A stretch of DNA of 64,000 nucleotides from contig CM082598.2 in assembly GCA_040954595.2 (NCBI GenBank), forward strand, positions 1,798,001 to 1,862,000, written 5' to 3'. Origin of the DNA: Balanoglossus misakiensis. Its lineage: Eukaryota; Animalia; Hemichordata. Of the stretch, positions 1 through 10,992 are shown piece by piece (position 1 is the first letter of the stretch; each line of letters starts with the position of its first letter). The position numbers were made by a program, and so were the translations under genes. The notes beneath the pieces were generated by a model. It saw only the letters and a program-made list of their open reading frames with translations, had not been told where the DNA came from and did no database searches.

Positions 1-217
1 TCGGTTGATTGGGAAAAGTCCAGAACATGTGAACGTTCCCTACAGAATATTAGGGATGGAAATTGACAATGCTACGTTGTCAATTGCTTTGGATTTATAG
101 TGATTTCAAACTGAAAAGTTTGCAAGAAAACAACATGTATAATTATTTAACAAATTTTTTTTTCATTTTATTTCAGACGTCTGTGTAGAATGTGACAAGA
201 TTACTCACTCAGTCATC

Positions 218-305
218 ATGTTTAGTTTCCACAAACCCAAGGTTTATCGTAGTGGGAACGGTTGTTGTATTTGTAAAGCGAAGTCCTCAAGCTCCAGATT
301 CACGG
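218..305 (+). CDS. SINHCAF: SINHCAF coding exon 1
   Basis: Acceptor AG at 175-176, ATG at 218, MFSFHKPKVYRSGNGCCICKAKSSSSRFT, donor G|GTAGG. Confidence 0.95.
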
Positions 306-2941
306 GTAGGTTCTGTTCGTTACACGTCTTTGGATTCATTTGCTCATTCAACCCAGTGGAAGAAATGAGAGTGGGAGGATGAAATGTTACGATGTTCTTA
401 GACTAGTACTTTCCCCGCAAGCCGACTGCTGAGTGTTGGAGAGCTCCATATCCCCAGCTGTTTAAATGAAAATAATTTACGAATGTGTAATACACATGCC
501 TATAAACTCTCTCCAGATGGTGTAAGGATGACATGGTTGGGATTTATAGTAATCCAATTTGATTGGTTGATTAATTGATTGATTGATTAAAATTATTCTG
601 TAAGCCAACTGCCTGCAGTATGAACCAGAATTGACAGTAAACAGTTGAGCATATCGTAAAATTCATGACACTGTATTCTGATTTTGATCAAGATCTTGTC
701 AACAGATTTCAAATAAAATTTAATCCCTCTGTAGAGAATTGATTAGCTGTACCCTTTCAGCCAGATTTTGTGTCTTGTCTCGTTAAAATTTCCAAGACAG
801 ATGACAATGCTTCTGCTCATGGGGAATATGAAAATTCTGGAACAGAGTGTGTGTGGGCGATGTTTTCTCAATTGCATCTCTCGGTATATACACATTAGCC
901 TCCGGGCAATAAAATTAACAAACAGTGAGGATTTTATGTGAAATCTAAATTTTCCACAAAATTGACCACAGTTGCAGTTTTCCAAAATTTGAACATTTTT
1001 TGACTTGGGAAATTGCTAAGCCCCATGAAAATTATAATGAGGTGATTGCAATCAATAGTTGAAAAATACCGTAACTACTCTATTTTTTTGGCCATTGTAA
1101 AATCAGCAAAGTTTGTTAATCAAACTTACAATTTTTAACAGAACTGTTGTCCTTTTTTTACAGACAGCAAAAAATACGAAGCAGACTTTGAAAAATGCTT
1201 CCAACTGAAAACAGAGAAGAGAACAGGAGAGATCTGCAATGCTTGCGTACTCCTTGTCAAGAGGTGGAAGAAATTACCCTCAGGAACTGAACGAAATTGG
1301 CATCATGTGAGTTTGTGTGGATGGCTGGTTAGATAATTAAGAGTCGAAGCGCTCTGTGGAATGTTTTCTTGTGGTGACAGTAATTGGCAGGGCATCCCAC
1401 TATAGTCCACAGTCTATTTGAGTGTTCGTTTACTGTGTACCAACTGTAGTAGCCTTTTCAAAGTGGCCACTAAATAGAGGTGGCCACTAACACAGGTTTG
1501 ACTATACAGTCGAACCTGTCTATAGTGGCCAGTCAAGGGACTTTCCTAAATTGGCCTTTATAGCCAGGTGGTCTTATAGACAGGTCAATTAATGTACATG
1601 TGAATTGCCCAGGGCTTCACAAAGTGGCCACTATATAGAGGTGGCCACTAACACAGGTTTGACTATATTCTTAATTTTGTTTGGCATTTGTTCTTGTGCA
1701 GGTGGTAGATGCCAGGGCCGGGCCGGGAACCAAAGCAATAAACAAGAGCAAGAACAAACTGAAATTGAACAAGCGACCGTTGAAGAAGAGACGCCATCGA
1801 CGTCTTCTCACCATCCAGAAGAGGGACCAGTCGGAATCGGACGACGCAACTGGTTAGTGGAAATTTGTGGTTGAAATCGTCGTCTCAAAAGCGAGAGTGG
1901 TTTTTAGAAGTCTGTGAACTTCCAGTGTTGTCTAAAATGCCCCTTGTCCTCTGGCATCCTGTTTGAAACACTGTGATATTCAGTTTTTTAGGCTTGAAAA
2001 AATAAAATGCCTTGGTACCCCTGGCAAATAGTATACAACAAAATATACATGGTCACCAACTAAAATATCATTACTTTTATTTTCCATCTGTGGCAGGCAA
2101 TGATGATAGCTGCGATTATTCCTCGTCAAGGCGTCGTCATTCCAGTGGCAACATTCCCAGTCCGACGCCAAGCGACAGCTCGGACGACGGATCGTTTGGT
2201 TCATCCGGAAGTAGTCGCAGGAAGAGGCTGACCACGGATTCCAAGACTGCTTTTGATTTTCCGCCGTCAGTCCGTGCATTCCTGGATCTGTCGTTCTGGA
2301 AAAAGTAAGTTGTCAATACTGGCCAACTTTTTGTTTCCCAAATAAGGAAATTTCAAAGACAGTTTTACACACCAATGTAATGTTTGGAAATTAGCCTAGT
2401 GTAATCAGTAAAACATATTTTCAATCTGTGGAAAATTTATTCATCTGGGTTTTATCAAAGAATACTAGTAACTTATAAGTTGTTATATCTGGAGAACTGC
2501 ATAACCAAGTTGCCTGGACTCTTCTTTGGTCAGAAATGAGACAGTTTTACTTATTTAAAAAACTGACAAAAGTTGTCAATTTCTGATAATGTGATTGATC
2601 TTGATTCTGAATTCAGGGAAGAGGTGTGCTGCGGAACCATCTTCCGAGGCCCTCGTGGTGAAGTGCTGGTTGACCCGCAACTGTTGAAGCCATGCAAGGG
2701 ATGCACCACCAACAAGCAGCAGTCTCCATTCAACAAGGCGGACTCGGCTGGGGAGGAGAGTGAAGAGGGCGCGAGCAGCACGGCCAGCTCTCCGACGTCC
2801 AAGACTCCCGCCGAGGTCCCGTTCCAACAAGCAGTGATGATCAAAAGTGACGCCATGGACACAAGTGGGCCCATCCTTCCGTCGAAGGCAGAACAAAGTA
2901 CTAACATCATCCCCTTATCCTTGCCACAGGTAGCTTATTGA
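218..2941 (+). CDS. SINHCAF: SIN3-HDAC complex-associated factor (FAM60A), spliced CDS, 304 aa
   Basis: Exons 218-305, 1164-1306, 1702-1852, 2097-2304 and 2617-2941 all have GT-AG boundaries and join in frame (915 nt). Translation MFSFHKPKVYRSGNGCCICKAKSSSSRFTDSKKYEADFEKCF...GEICNACVLLVKRWKKLPSGTERNWHHVVDARAGP...FLDLSFWKKEEVCCGTIFRGPRGEVLVDPQLLKPC matches the FAM60A signature. Confidence 0.96.
1164..1306 (+). CDS. SINHCAF: SINHCAF coding exon 2
   Basis: ttttacag| DSKKYEADFEKCFQLKTEKRTGEICNACVLLVKRWKKLPSGTERNWHH |GTGAGT. Confidence 0.95.
1459..1667. mobile_element. TA-flanked MITE (Tc1/mariner-pogo-like), full copy 1507-1665 plus a head-to-tail partial copy
   Basis: Imperfect TIRs cagtcgaacctgtctatagtggcca ... 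tggccactaacacaggtttgacta with TA on both sides. The 3' end is duplicated at 1459-1504. Related copies at 56599-56751 and 60348-60458. Confidence 0.75.
1702..1852 (+). CDS. SINHCAF: SINHCAF coding exon 3
   Basis: tgcag| VVDARAGPGTKAINKSKNKLKLNKRPLKKRRHRR... |GTTAGT; basic NLS-like stretch. Confidence 0.9.
2097..2304 (+). CDS. SINHCAF: SINHCAF coding exon 4
   Basis: ggcag| Ser-rich segment ...PSPTPSDSSDD...FLDLSFWK |GTAAGT. Confidence 0.9.
2617..2941 (+). CDS. SINHCAF: SINHCAF coding exon 5 (stop)
   Basis: ttcag| KEEVCCGTIFRGPRGEVLVDPQLLKPC...PQVAY* with TGA at 2939-2941. Confidence 0.92.
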
Positions 2942-5092
2942 GTCCCTCATAATTTAGACTGACCACCCCCTCAAGGTAATGAAACATCCCCACACCTAAG
3001 TGTCCTTGTTGGTCTAAAAAGTATTGAAGTGGTGACAATAGATGGTACACCAAGACCTAATAAGTTTTAAGACTGAAAATAATATACACCCTGATTGTTC
3101 CGTTAATTCTTGGGGTGCCATTAATTGTTACCATGGCAATAAACACCCCAAAACTTAGGTTTAAAAAACTTATATCTCTCTCCTGTTTCTTCCTTGTATC
3201 TTTAAGATTCATAGGTGCCAATATAGTAGTTTTTTTATCTGAATATTTTGAAGCAAACAATGTCCACACTAATCATGTGACTTGTGTTGTAATAGAGTTC
3301 TTTATTAACAACTCAACTGTTGTGAGATTTTGTGGCGTTCTTGATCTCAAAGATCAAAGGATGACAGTCTCAGACAGTGTTTGGAATTAGATTAATAATT
3401 TTAGTGTAGCTATGCAGACATGTTTTCCCTTGAGTCCCCTCCCCCCAAAGACTATGCAAATATTAGCTTCCACTAAAACGGCTCGATTTCATAAAACTTG
3501 TTCCAGGGAAAATATCTCTTGTTCAAAAACTGTCGACCAAAACAAGTTCACTTTCTGTCAGATTGTAGTCATAATTTTGTGAGGAAAGATTTTAACTGCT
3601 AGATATTTTTGACTTTTGTACCAAAATGATACGTAAGAAGTCTTACAATTTAAATATTTATTATTTACAGAAAAACATTTGAATGAAAAAATACTAAAAA
3701 AATAAAGACTATTTGCCTTGTATGTTGCTGCCATTTCTACAAAAGAAAATCATTTTACCTTTTATTTTTCAAGTGAGGTAAAGATACTGCAGTCTTCCCA
3801 AGATTTTATGATTAGAATATTGTCTATTTGGAAGGATGGCCAGAATTTCTGAATGAAACTTTATTTTTTGAAAGAGATTATTTTCCAAAGATGACATAAT
3901 TTTTAGCCTGTAACTTAAACATGAATCACTTTTAAAATGTGTTTATGAGGAAGCAAGTCTTAATGAAATGGTCAAACCTTAATTTGTGTATTTGTGATCA
4001 TGTCCTATGTAATGGGTTCGCAAGGAATATTTGTGTGATTTTTAAGTTTATGCATAATTAGGAAATCATCGTCTTGACCTTGGGGTCACACATCCTGGTC
4101 CCGTTTCATCAGACACAGGGGCTCAATCAGCCAACCAACAGATTCTAAGGTCCAAAGTACCAGGATGTACGACCTTTTGGGGTCATTCATTTGAATTCCT
4201 GAAAGGCACAGCATACTGTACATTCCAATTTGGTTATCAGTAATATTTATTTCATCTTTTATTGAAGTATTATATTTTACTTTTCATGTTTTAACAAGAT
4301 TGCAAATTGTAGTTAGTACCTAGATCACACTTACATTTCTTCTTACACAAGTAAAACTTAACAGAAACTTGCACCTTAAGTTCCGCGGTTCAATGAAAAG
4401 GTGTAAAATGAGCCCTCTTTTCTAGAAAAGTGTGATAATATAAGATACTAACACAGTAGTCATTGGCTTTGACTCAAACCCAACTCCTCAAAAACATATC
4501 ATGTTACATTCACGTAAATGAGCACAATTTTCCAATAGTTTGCACTAAAATATTATAATGTATCAAAATTCTGCAGAATAACCCTTTTTATATCACATTT
4601 AATTGACACAAGCTTGTTTGAGTGTCATTTTAACACTAGTGTGCTCCTGGGCTGTTTATTAGTACATTAATTTTGTTACTGAATTATCTAGCTGAGAAAA
4701 AATAATTGAACCTAGTACTTGACGTGATGTTAAACATAAGGTATCATTACATATGCAAGTGTTTTCTACTGTCTCAGCGGTATAAATGAAAGATAAAATG
4801 CTTCCAAAAATTGTCACTTTTCCATAAACAAGTACTTAAGTTCAGACCAAAATAGAAATTCACTGCCAATGTGTGGCCTGACCAAAGGTGTATATTTTGC
4901 AACGGGAAATCCCTAATAGGTCACAAGTTAGAAGTGATACAAACTTAGGCACACAGGCTATACCAGTGCATTATATGAATTTTGTCAAGTTATCTGTAAC
5001 AGGGTATTTCTAGATTTTATCTCTGTTCACTCTTTTCTAGAATTCCGACTGCCTGACTTCTTGAACTGTGAAATGATTTTGGAGAATCTTAA

Positions 5093-5177
5093 CCCTTTCA
5101 CCTCCAGTTCCCTCTATAGTGGTCAAACTTTACCATAGAAAACAATGGATTTGGACCAAACCATAGTGGTGAAAGGG
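5093..5177. mobile_element. TTAA-flanked 85-bp MITE (piggyBac-like termini), copy 1
   Basis: TTAA|ccctttcacc ... ggtgaaaggg|TTAA; 10-bp perfect TIR and TTAA target site. Confidence 0.8.
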
Positions 5178-5390
5178 TTAAAAACAAGCAGTCCAACTAG
5201 AGTACCCTTTAAGGTTCAGAATAGTGTACCACTTACAATTCATCATGGTGTAATGATTTTAACATGTTCTCAAACTTAGGCCAGGGCTAGTCCGAAAAAT
5301 GATTTGACTTGAAAAAAGAAATCTTGTTTACTTGAGGGTGCACTAGTAACAATGATGACATCTAGTTACCAGTAGAATATAATGGTTTAA

Positions 5391-5476
5391 CCCTTTCACC
5401 CCCAGTTTCCCTTTAAGAGGTCCAACCTTACTGTAAAAAAACAGTGGATTTGGACTAGACCATTGTGGTGAAAGGG
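5391..5476. mobile_element. TTAA-flanked 86-bp MITE (piggyBac-like termini), copy 2
   Basis: TTAA|ccctttcacc ... ggtgaaaggg|TTAA; internal sequence homologous to copy 1, same orientation. Confidence 0.8.
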
Positions 5477-6954
5477 TTAAACCAATCAGCAGTCTGCTTG
5501 TTGTAAACTGTCACTTTGTATCAATAGACTGCCATAGGCAGGCTTTTGTCTTTCCGCTTCCATGGAAACTGAACTGTATCATTGTCATGGAAACAAGCGT
5601 GTGCTTTCTATATTGTATCCCACCTAGTGATGCATTCAGCATGTTAATAGAAATACTCTTCTTCACCTTTTGAGGTTATTTATTCTCGGTATTTCCAAGT
5701 AATAGTATTAACAAGATTGTGCATTTAGTAATGTAGTGTTAGATGGTGCAGTGAGAGAACCTGTTTGAAGGTGTTCCACACAAACTTCATAATGAGGATA
5801 ATTTTCATCCAACAAAATTTTAGCAGGTAAAGAAACTGATTACATTCTCAGTGATTGTTAAAACAAGTTTGGTGACAGTGTTTCATCCTAGAAATTTCAC
5901 AGTCTCTCACTGCACTAGGTGTGTAAACTATTTTTTTTTTTTTGGTAAAAGAATATGCCTGTGAAAAAGTTTGGTGCTCTGTCAACTGACTTCAACAGCA
6001 AAGCCTTTGTGTGAACCGTCCTGTTTGGCAGTAGCCTACCCACAGCTTTGTATATATCCCTTGTAATTACCATATTAGTCTTGGACAACATCTGTGCACT
6101 CCCCATGTTAGGAGCCAATCAGAATCGCTGACAGGATTGGAAAGACAAATGGAGTGTGGTACTTTAGCGTCTAGTCGTGCCCAGTTGAGATAATCTTTAA
6201 AAAAAAGAGTACATGTGATTTTTTGCCAATTTGCCTTGATATTACATAGCATTTTACTCTTTCCATAGTCAGTCAGATCCTTCCTTTTTGGGGCACAGGT
6301 TGATTGCAGATTGAAAAGTATTATTTAGAGTACAGAGATAGTGTGTGTTTAGACGAAAAAAATCATGTGAAAATTCTACAGAGAATGTATATTGGAATGG
6401 TTTAGTTTTGTACATGGGGGAAAAGGGAAGTCTTTTTTGCTATTTTTGGTCAAGGAAAGTACAAGTTTTGGAGGCTAAACCTTGGCTGGCTTTCCCTTGA
6501 AAAACTAGGAACAAGGCGAGTGTTCATTATGCCGGGATTGTTAGCTTTTAGGGGGAAAGAAGCATGGAGAGATGTCCACACGCCAGCATTTGTACTTTCC
6601 TTGCAAGAGAAGAAAGTAGTTTCGCTCGGAAACTCTTGAAAAGCACGGAAAGGTGGGGAAAAAAAGGAGACTGCCATTTACGGAAATGCCTTGCCAGATA
6701 TTAGGGAATGAACACTGGGGGAGTGTACAGTAAAACGTTGTTCATGTCGTTAGAAAGTTGAGGACAGAACTCTTATGTTGTAATATAGAATCTCTATCTC
6801 TTGATGTTCCTATACCAAGCTGTTGATTTATATATTTGTGCAAGTTGTCTTTTTCATTTTTGAAGGAGTTTGTTTCTTATTATCTTTTATGTCTTTATTT
6901 ATGCTGTATTGTATTTAACTTGATCTGTATATTTATGTGTTTGCCATGTTCCAG

Positions 6955-6960
6955 AATAAA
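6955..6960 (+). terminator. Probable SINHCAF polyadenylation signal
   Basis: AATAAA preceded by a U-rich/TGTA-rich tract and followed by GT-rich ttgtttgtg...ctttgtgtgg; sequence becomes CpG-containing just downstream. Confidence 0.55.
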
Positions 6961-7899
6961 AACAAAATCAAACATGAAAAGACTTGTTTGTGCTGACTGA
7001 CTTTGTGTGGTGCTCTGTCCTTATGGACACCTCTCTTTGATGCCCCTGGGCAACTAAGATTTTTACCATTACTGTAATTTAATTATAGGCGCCACCAACG
7101 ATAGAGTAATACAAACGAAATCAAGATGGCGTCGCCCATAGTATTTCAAGCATCAGCTTCACTTTTGCCAGGCCTATGTACTTTTCAGCTATAAATAAGA
7201 GTCGATTAACATTGAGCAGTGCTCTCAACTATTGCAGGAAAGTCTTGGAGAAATCTAATGTCCTGTAACATTTTGCTTTCTCGAAGTTCTTTCTTACTTT
7301 TATTTGAGTTTCACAATGGCGGTATAAACTAATCATGTGGGTAACTTTGAATTATATGTGAAACTTATAAAGCACCCGAAATTATTTATAATTGGACTAT
7401 CGACAATATATGCTCATTCAGTTTTTATTTGTAAATCATTGTGTACACTTTTCGCATGCTCATCATTGACTAAGAGGTGTCAATTTCATTGCAAAATGTT
7501 CTTTTTCGCATCATTATATCCTTGACAACAAAGATAAAACTAATTATGGCTATCATTATCAGTGGTGAAAAGTTGCTGTTGTTGTTTTGGTGTGTTTAAC
7601 GATTGTTTACGTGTGACATCGAAACAACAGACTTGTTTTTCCTGTGTGAAAAGATGTTTAACACATTGACAAAAGCATTTTCGACACATCCCAAGAGCAT
7701 TTCAATCAAGTTGATGACAATGGCACTTTATAAAGCATTGCCCCGTTCCGTTGCGACTGTTAGGCGGGTTGTTTTTTGCTGAGAGGGTACATGACACATC
7801 AAACTTTTAATTTCAGCAATTTTAGAAACATTTTCATGTAAATTTCACGCCCAACGACCAGGTCTGAGGAAATCAACCAGGTTGAAAGGAACATGGACA

Positions 7900-8000
7900 C
7901 TAAAACTCCTCTCCCATGACGTCACGGCATGGGAAGTCACGTGACTGGACACTATTATGGGATAGTTCAATGTACAGTTTTACCGCTACGCCATTTTGGT
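7900..8000 (+). promoter_or_regulatory. Housekeeping-type promoter of the PPP6R gene
   Basis: CRE TGACGTCA at 7917-7924, palindromic E-box/CLEAR AGTCACGTGACT at 7935-7946, YY1 CGCCATTTT at 7989-7997, ZNF143-like TCCCA motifs, CpG-rich context. Confidence 0.65.
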
Positions 8001-8295
8001 TCAAAAATTCGTGTTTCCCGCCGTGGTTTTGACCATCATATCACCGAAACCGAAGCCTTGGTCCCACTGACGAGCGATCACGAGAAGAGGAGAATTCTCG
8101 CTTACTATTCCTTGAGTGATTTTATTACAATTGGTGCAAGTTTGGCGCCGCCATAGCTGTTTTCAGCTCCTACATGTAGTTCAGTTTCTGGATATCGGTG
8201 CGTGTATTACAGTTCTTCCTGCACATGAACCAAATTAGGAACCGTTTTATCGTGGACGTCGGTGCAAACTGCAACATAATAATTCCTTATATCTG
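7990..8295 (+). other. PPP6R3: Probable non-coding first exon of PPP6R (start approximate)
   Basis: CpG-rich stretch downstream of the promoter motifs, ending in a strong donor CTG|GTAAGT at 8295/8296. Confidence 0.45.
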
Positions 8296-10932
8296 GTAAG
8301 TTATTCAGGTCATTCTTGATTGTTATCCAAACACGAGAGACTAACTCGTCCAAGTTTTTCCACTTTATCGCACAACGATTGGTTTTAACGTTTGTCGTGT
8401 TTCGAAAACAGAAACTAACGACGGCCGATTTTGTTGCCGAATGTCCGGCACGTCCCATCGATACCCAACTTGATATATTTGCAAATAGTGCCTGTTAAGT
8501 ATTAATACTGAACATATGTACACGTCGAAAGTAAATCATACTACCATTCTTCACGACGTTGTTCGTTATCGGTCGATAATCAACCGTCGAACCGGGAAGT
8601 AAGTTCAACGTCGGTGATCGTCAAGTAAACACGAAGGTCGTGATAATGACTATGATAATTGAATTTGGGTTTATTAACTTGTTATTGATGTGTGTTTCGT
8701 ATCAAATCTACCAATGATTGAATTTTTGACTATGAATTCTCGTCTGCCTGAATGTTAGTCCAACAATCGTTCGGTAAAAGCGAGAGCTCTAAAAAGCATG
8801 CTCCCACACCACAGCCGGCCTGTGCTTGTCTGATCTGATCTACTGCCTACGTGCATGACAAGGGCAATCAAGGGGAGTGGCGTCTGCAATGAATAATACG
8901 TCAAGATTGATCCAGAAAACACGAAAACTTATGAATGTTATAACATTTGCAACTGGCCTGCTTCAAAGATACTTAAACAGTTTGAATGATAATGTGGCTA
9001 TGACGTTTCTATCGGCGGAATGATCTTGTTTGTTGATTACGAAAGCGTTGACCCGGTTTTTGCTCGAATGACCCGACCTTTTGCTTTGAGGAAATAATTC
9101 GCAACGGCGGCCTAAAAATAGAAACTGGATACACAAGATCCTCGCTGCCAGTTTTCGTATTATGCCGACAATTCATGGGTTATCCGTGATATCAGTCATT
9201 TTTCGATAGACATCGAGTGTGCAAACATCATTAGTGACGGTTATGAGATTACATGTATGTGAATGATGTACTTGGATAGTTCATTCAACAAGTCAGTAAT
9301 GACCTTGAGAAAGTGAAAGTCATTGATTGTCCATGATATATCATAATTATTAATCATGTCTTAATTGTACAGTAAGTGTTGAAATAGCACAGATTTTTGA
9401 ATGTTTTACCAACATGAACTGAGCTGCGTCAATTTCACCATAAATGTGACGAGTGTTGAGATGCTCCTTATTCTTTTGTTTTTAATGTTTCTTGTGTATT
9501 AGGAATATTATTCCAGAAGTATTAAATTTGATCCTGGTATATATTCAGTCTCAATTAAGGAACAACATGAGAAACATGAACGCATCAATAAAGGAAGTAA
9601 ACCAGTTATTTTATTGTGACAGCTTTGGTAATTTCCTCATGTAGAGTTGATGTCATTGTTAGGGCAAATAATTCTTTTTTGTCAGCGTAAATACTGCAAA
9701 CAATGTTACAGTAATATAGTTTTCATGATATACAATGCTTTCAAGGGTAGCTGAAATGCAGTACCTATTATCTGGGAATGTTCAGCCATAATACTTTTTC
9801 AAAGTTCCGGGAACTTTTCATCTGATTTTATGTCAGTTTATGCATGAATAATCATGAACAAATGATGATGAAATAGTCTACAGATGTAGATACAGCCCAC
9901 ATATAATTGGTTAATTTTTGATACTTCATAGAATTATCAACCACGATATCCGTTGTCACATACCACAGTATGTTGTATAACTCTGTACAATGTATAATTA
10001 ATGAAAGAGCTATTTTTGACATATTTTTGGTGTCGTTTATCGCAATGCTGAGAAATACCCATATGTTACGCACATTTCCAGCTCAGGTCATTGATTGGTC
10101 TGATAATGTAGCAAAACCCTACCAGTGGTAACCACATCGTTCAGGAGACGACTGTGGATCTTCGGTAATTTGCATGTTTTCATGGCGACCCTCGAAAGAT
10201 CATTAAGTCCCAAAATTTGTCAGAAGTATTTTATCCAAAATTCAAGTTGAGGAGTTAGATCCTTGAAAACAGAAGTCAAATCAAGACACTTAACAAACCA
10301 TTTGCTGGTGGGTGTTGGAAATGTCAACTAACTGTTAACAGGATTATGAGGTGATAATGTTGTTATGCAAATGACCATAACCACAGAGGAAGCCCCAGTA
10401 GCTGATCCTATTTAGAGTTTATTGTTTAGTATCTGTATAATTTGGCAGTGAATTTGCCTAAGGGGATTAGATTCAAATCTCTTTTGCAAACTACAACCAA
10501 CTTGACCTCAAATGACCAAAGCATGTGATTGTGGTTCTGATATGGACTGCAAATCACTTAGGTCTGCTTGCAAAGATAATGTGTACTTGTTGAAACTTAT
10601 GACCTGCCCAGCCCTGCATTGGGAGTAGTGCTAAAAGCACTATCGTGTTGAACATCTATTGATTCCCAAATCATTCACTGGTATAATAAGATCTGCTGTT
10701 CATTTATTGTAGCTAGAATGGTATGAGCAAGCACTCCAATGTACATGCGTACTATTGTTTGACATACTTGTAAGCAGTAAAACGTGTCTGACTGTTGCAG
10801 TCCGAGTCAGCCAAATAACTTGTGCGATGAGAAAGAGCAAGGGTTACTGCACAGTGCAGATGTCAATTTGCCATTACTTTCTGACAAGGTCTCATTTTTC
10901 TGTTCCAGGTAACACCAACCACAGATTGAACC

Positions 10933-10992
10933 ATGTTCTGGAAGTTCGATCTTCACACCACTTCACATATAGAATCACTTCTGGACAAAGAG
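10933..10992 (+). CDS. PPP6R3: PPP6R coding exon 1
   Basis: [20 protein letters not shown]|GTAATG; acceptor AG at 10907-10908. Confidence 0.93.
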
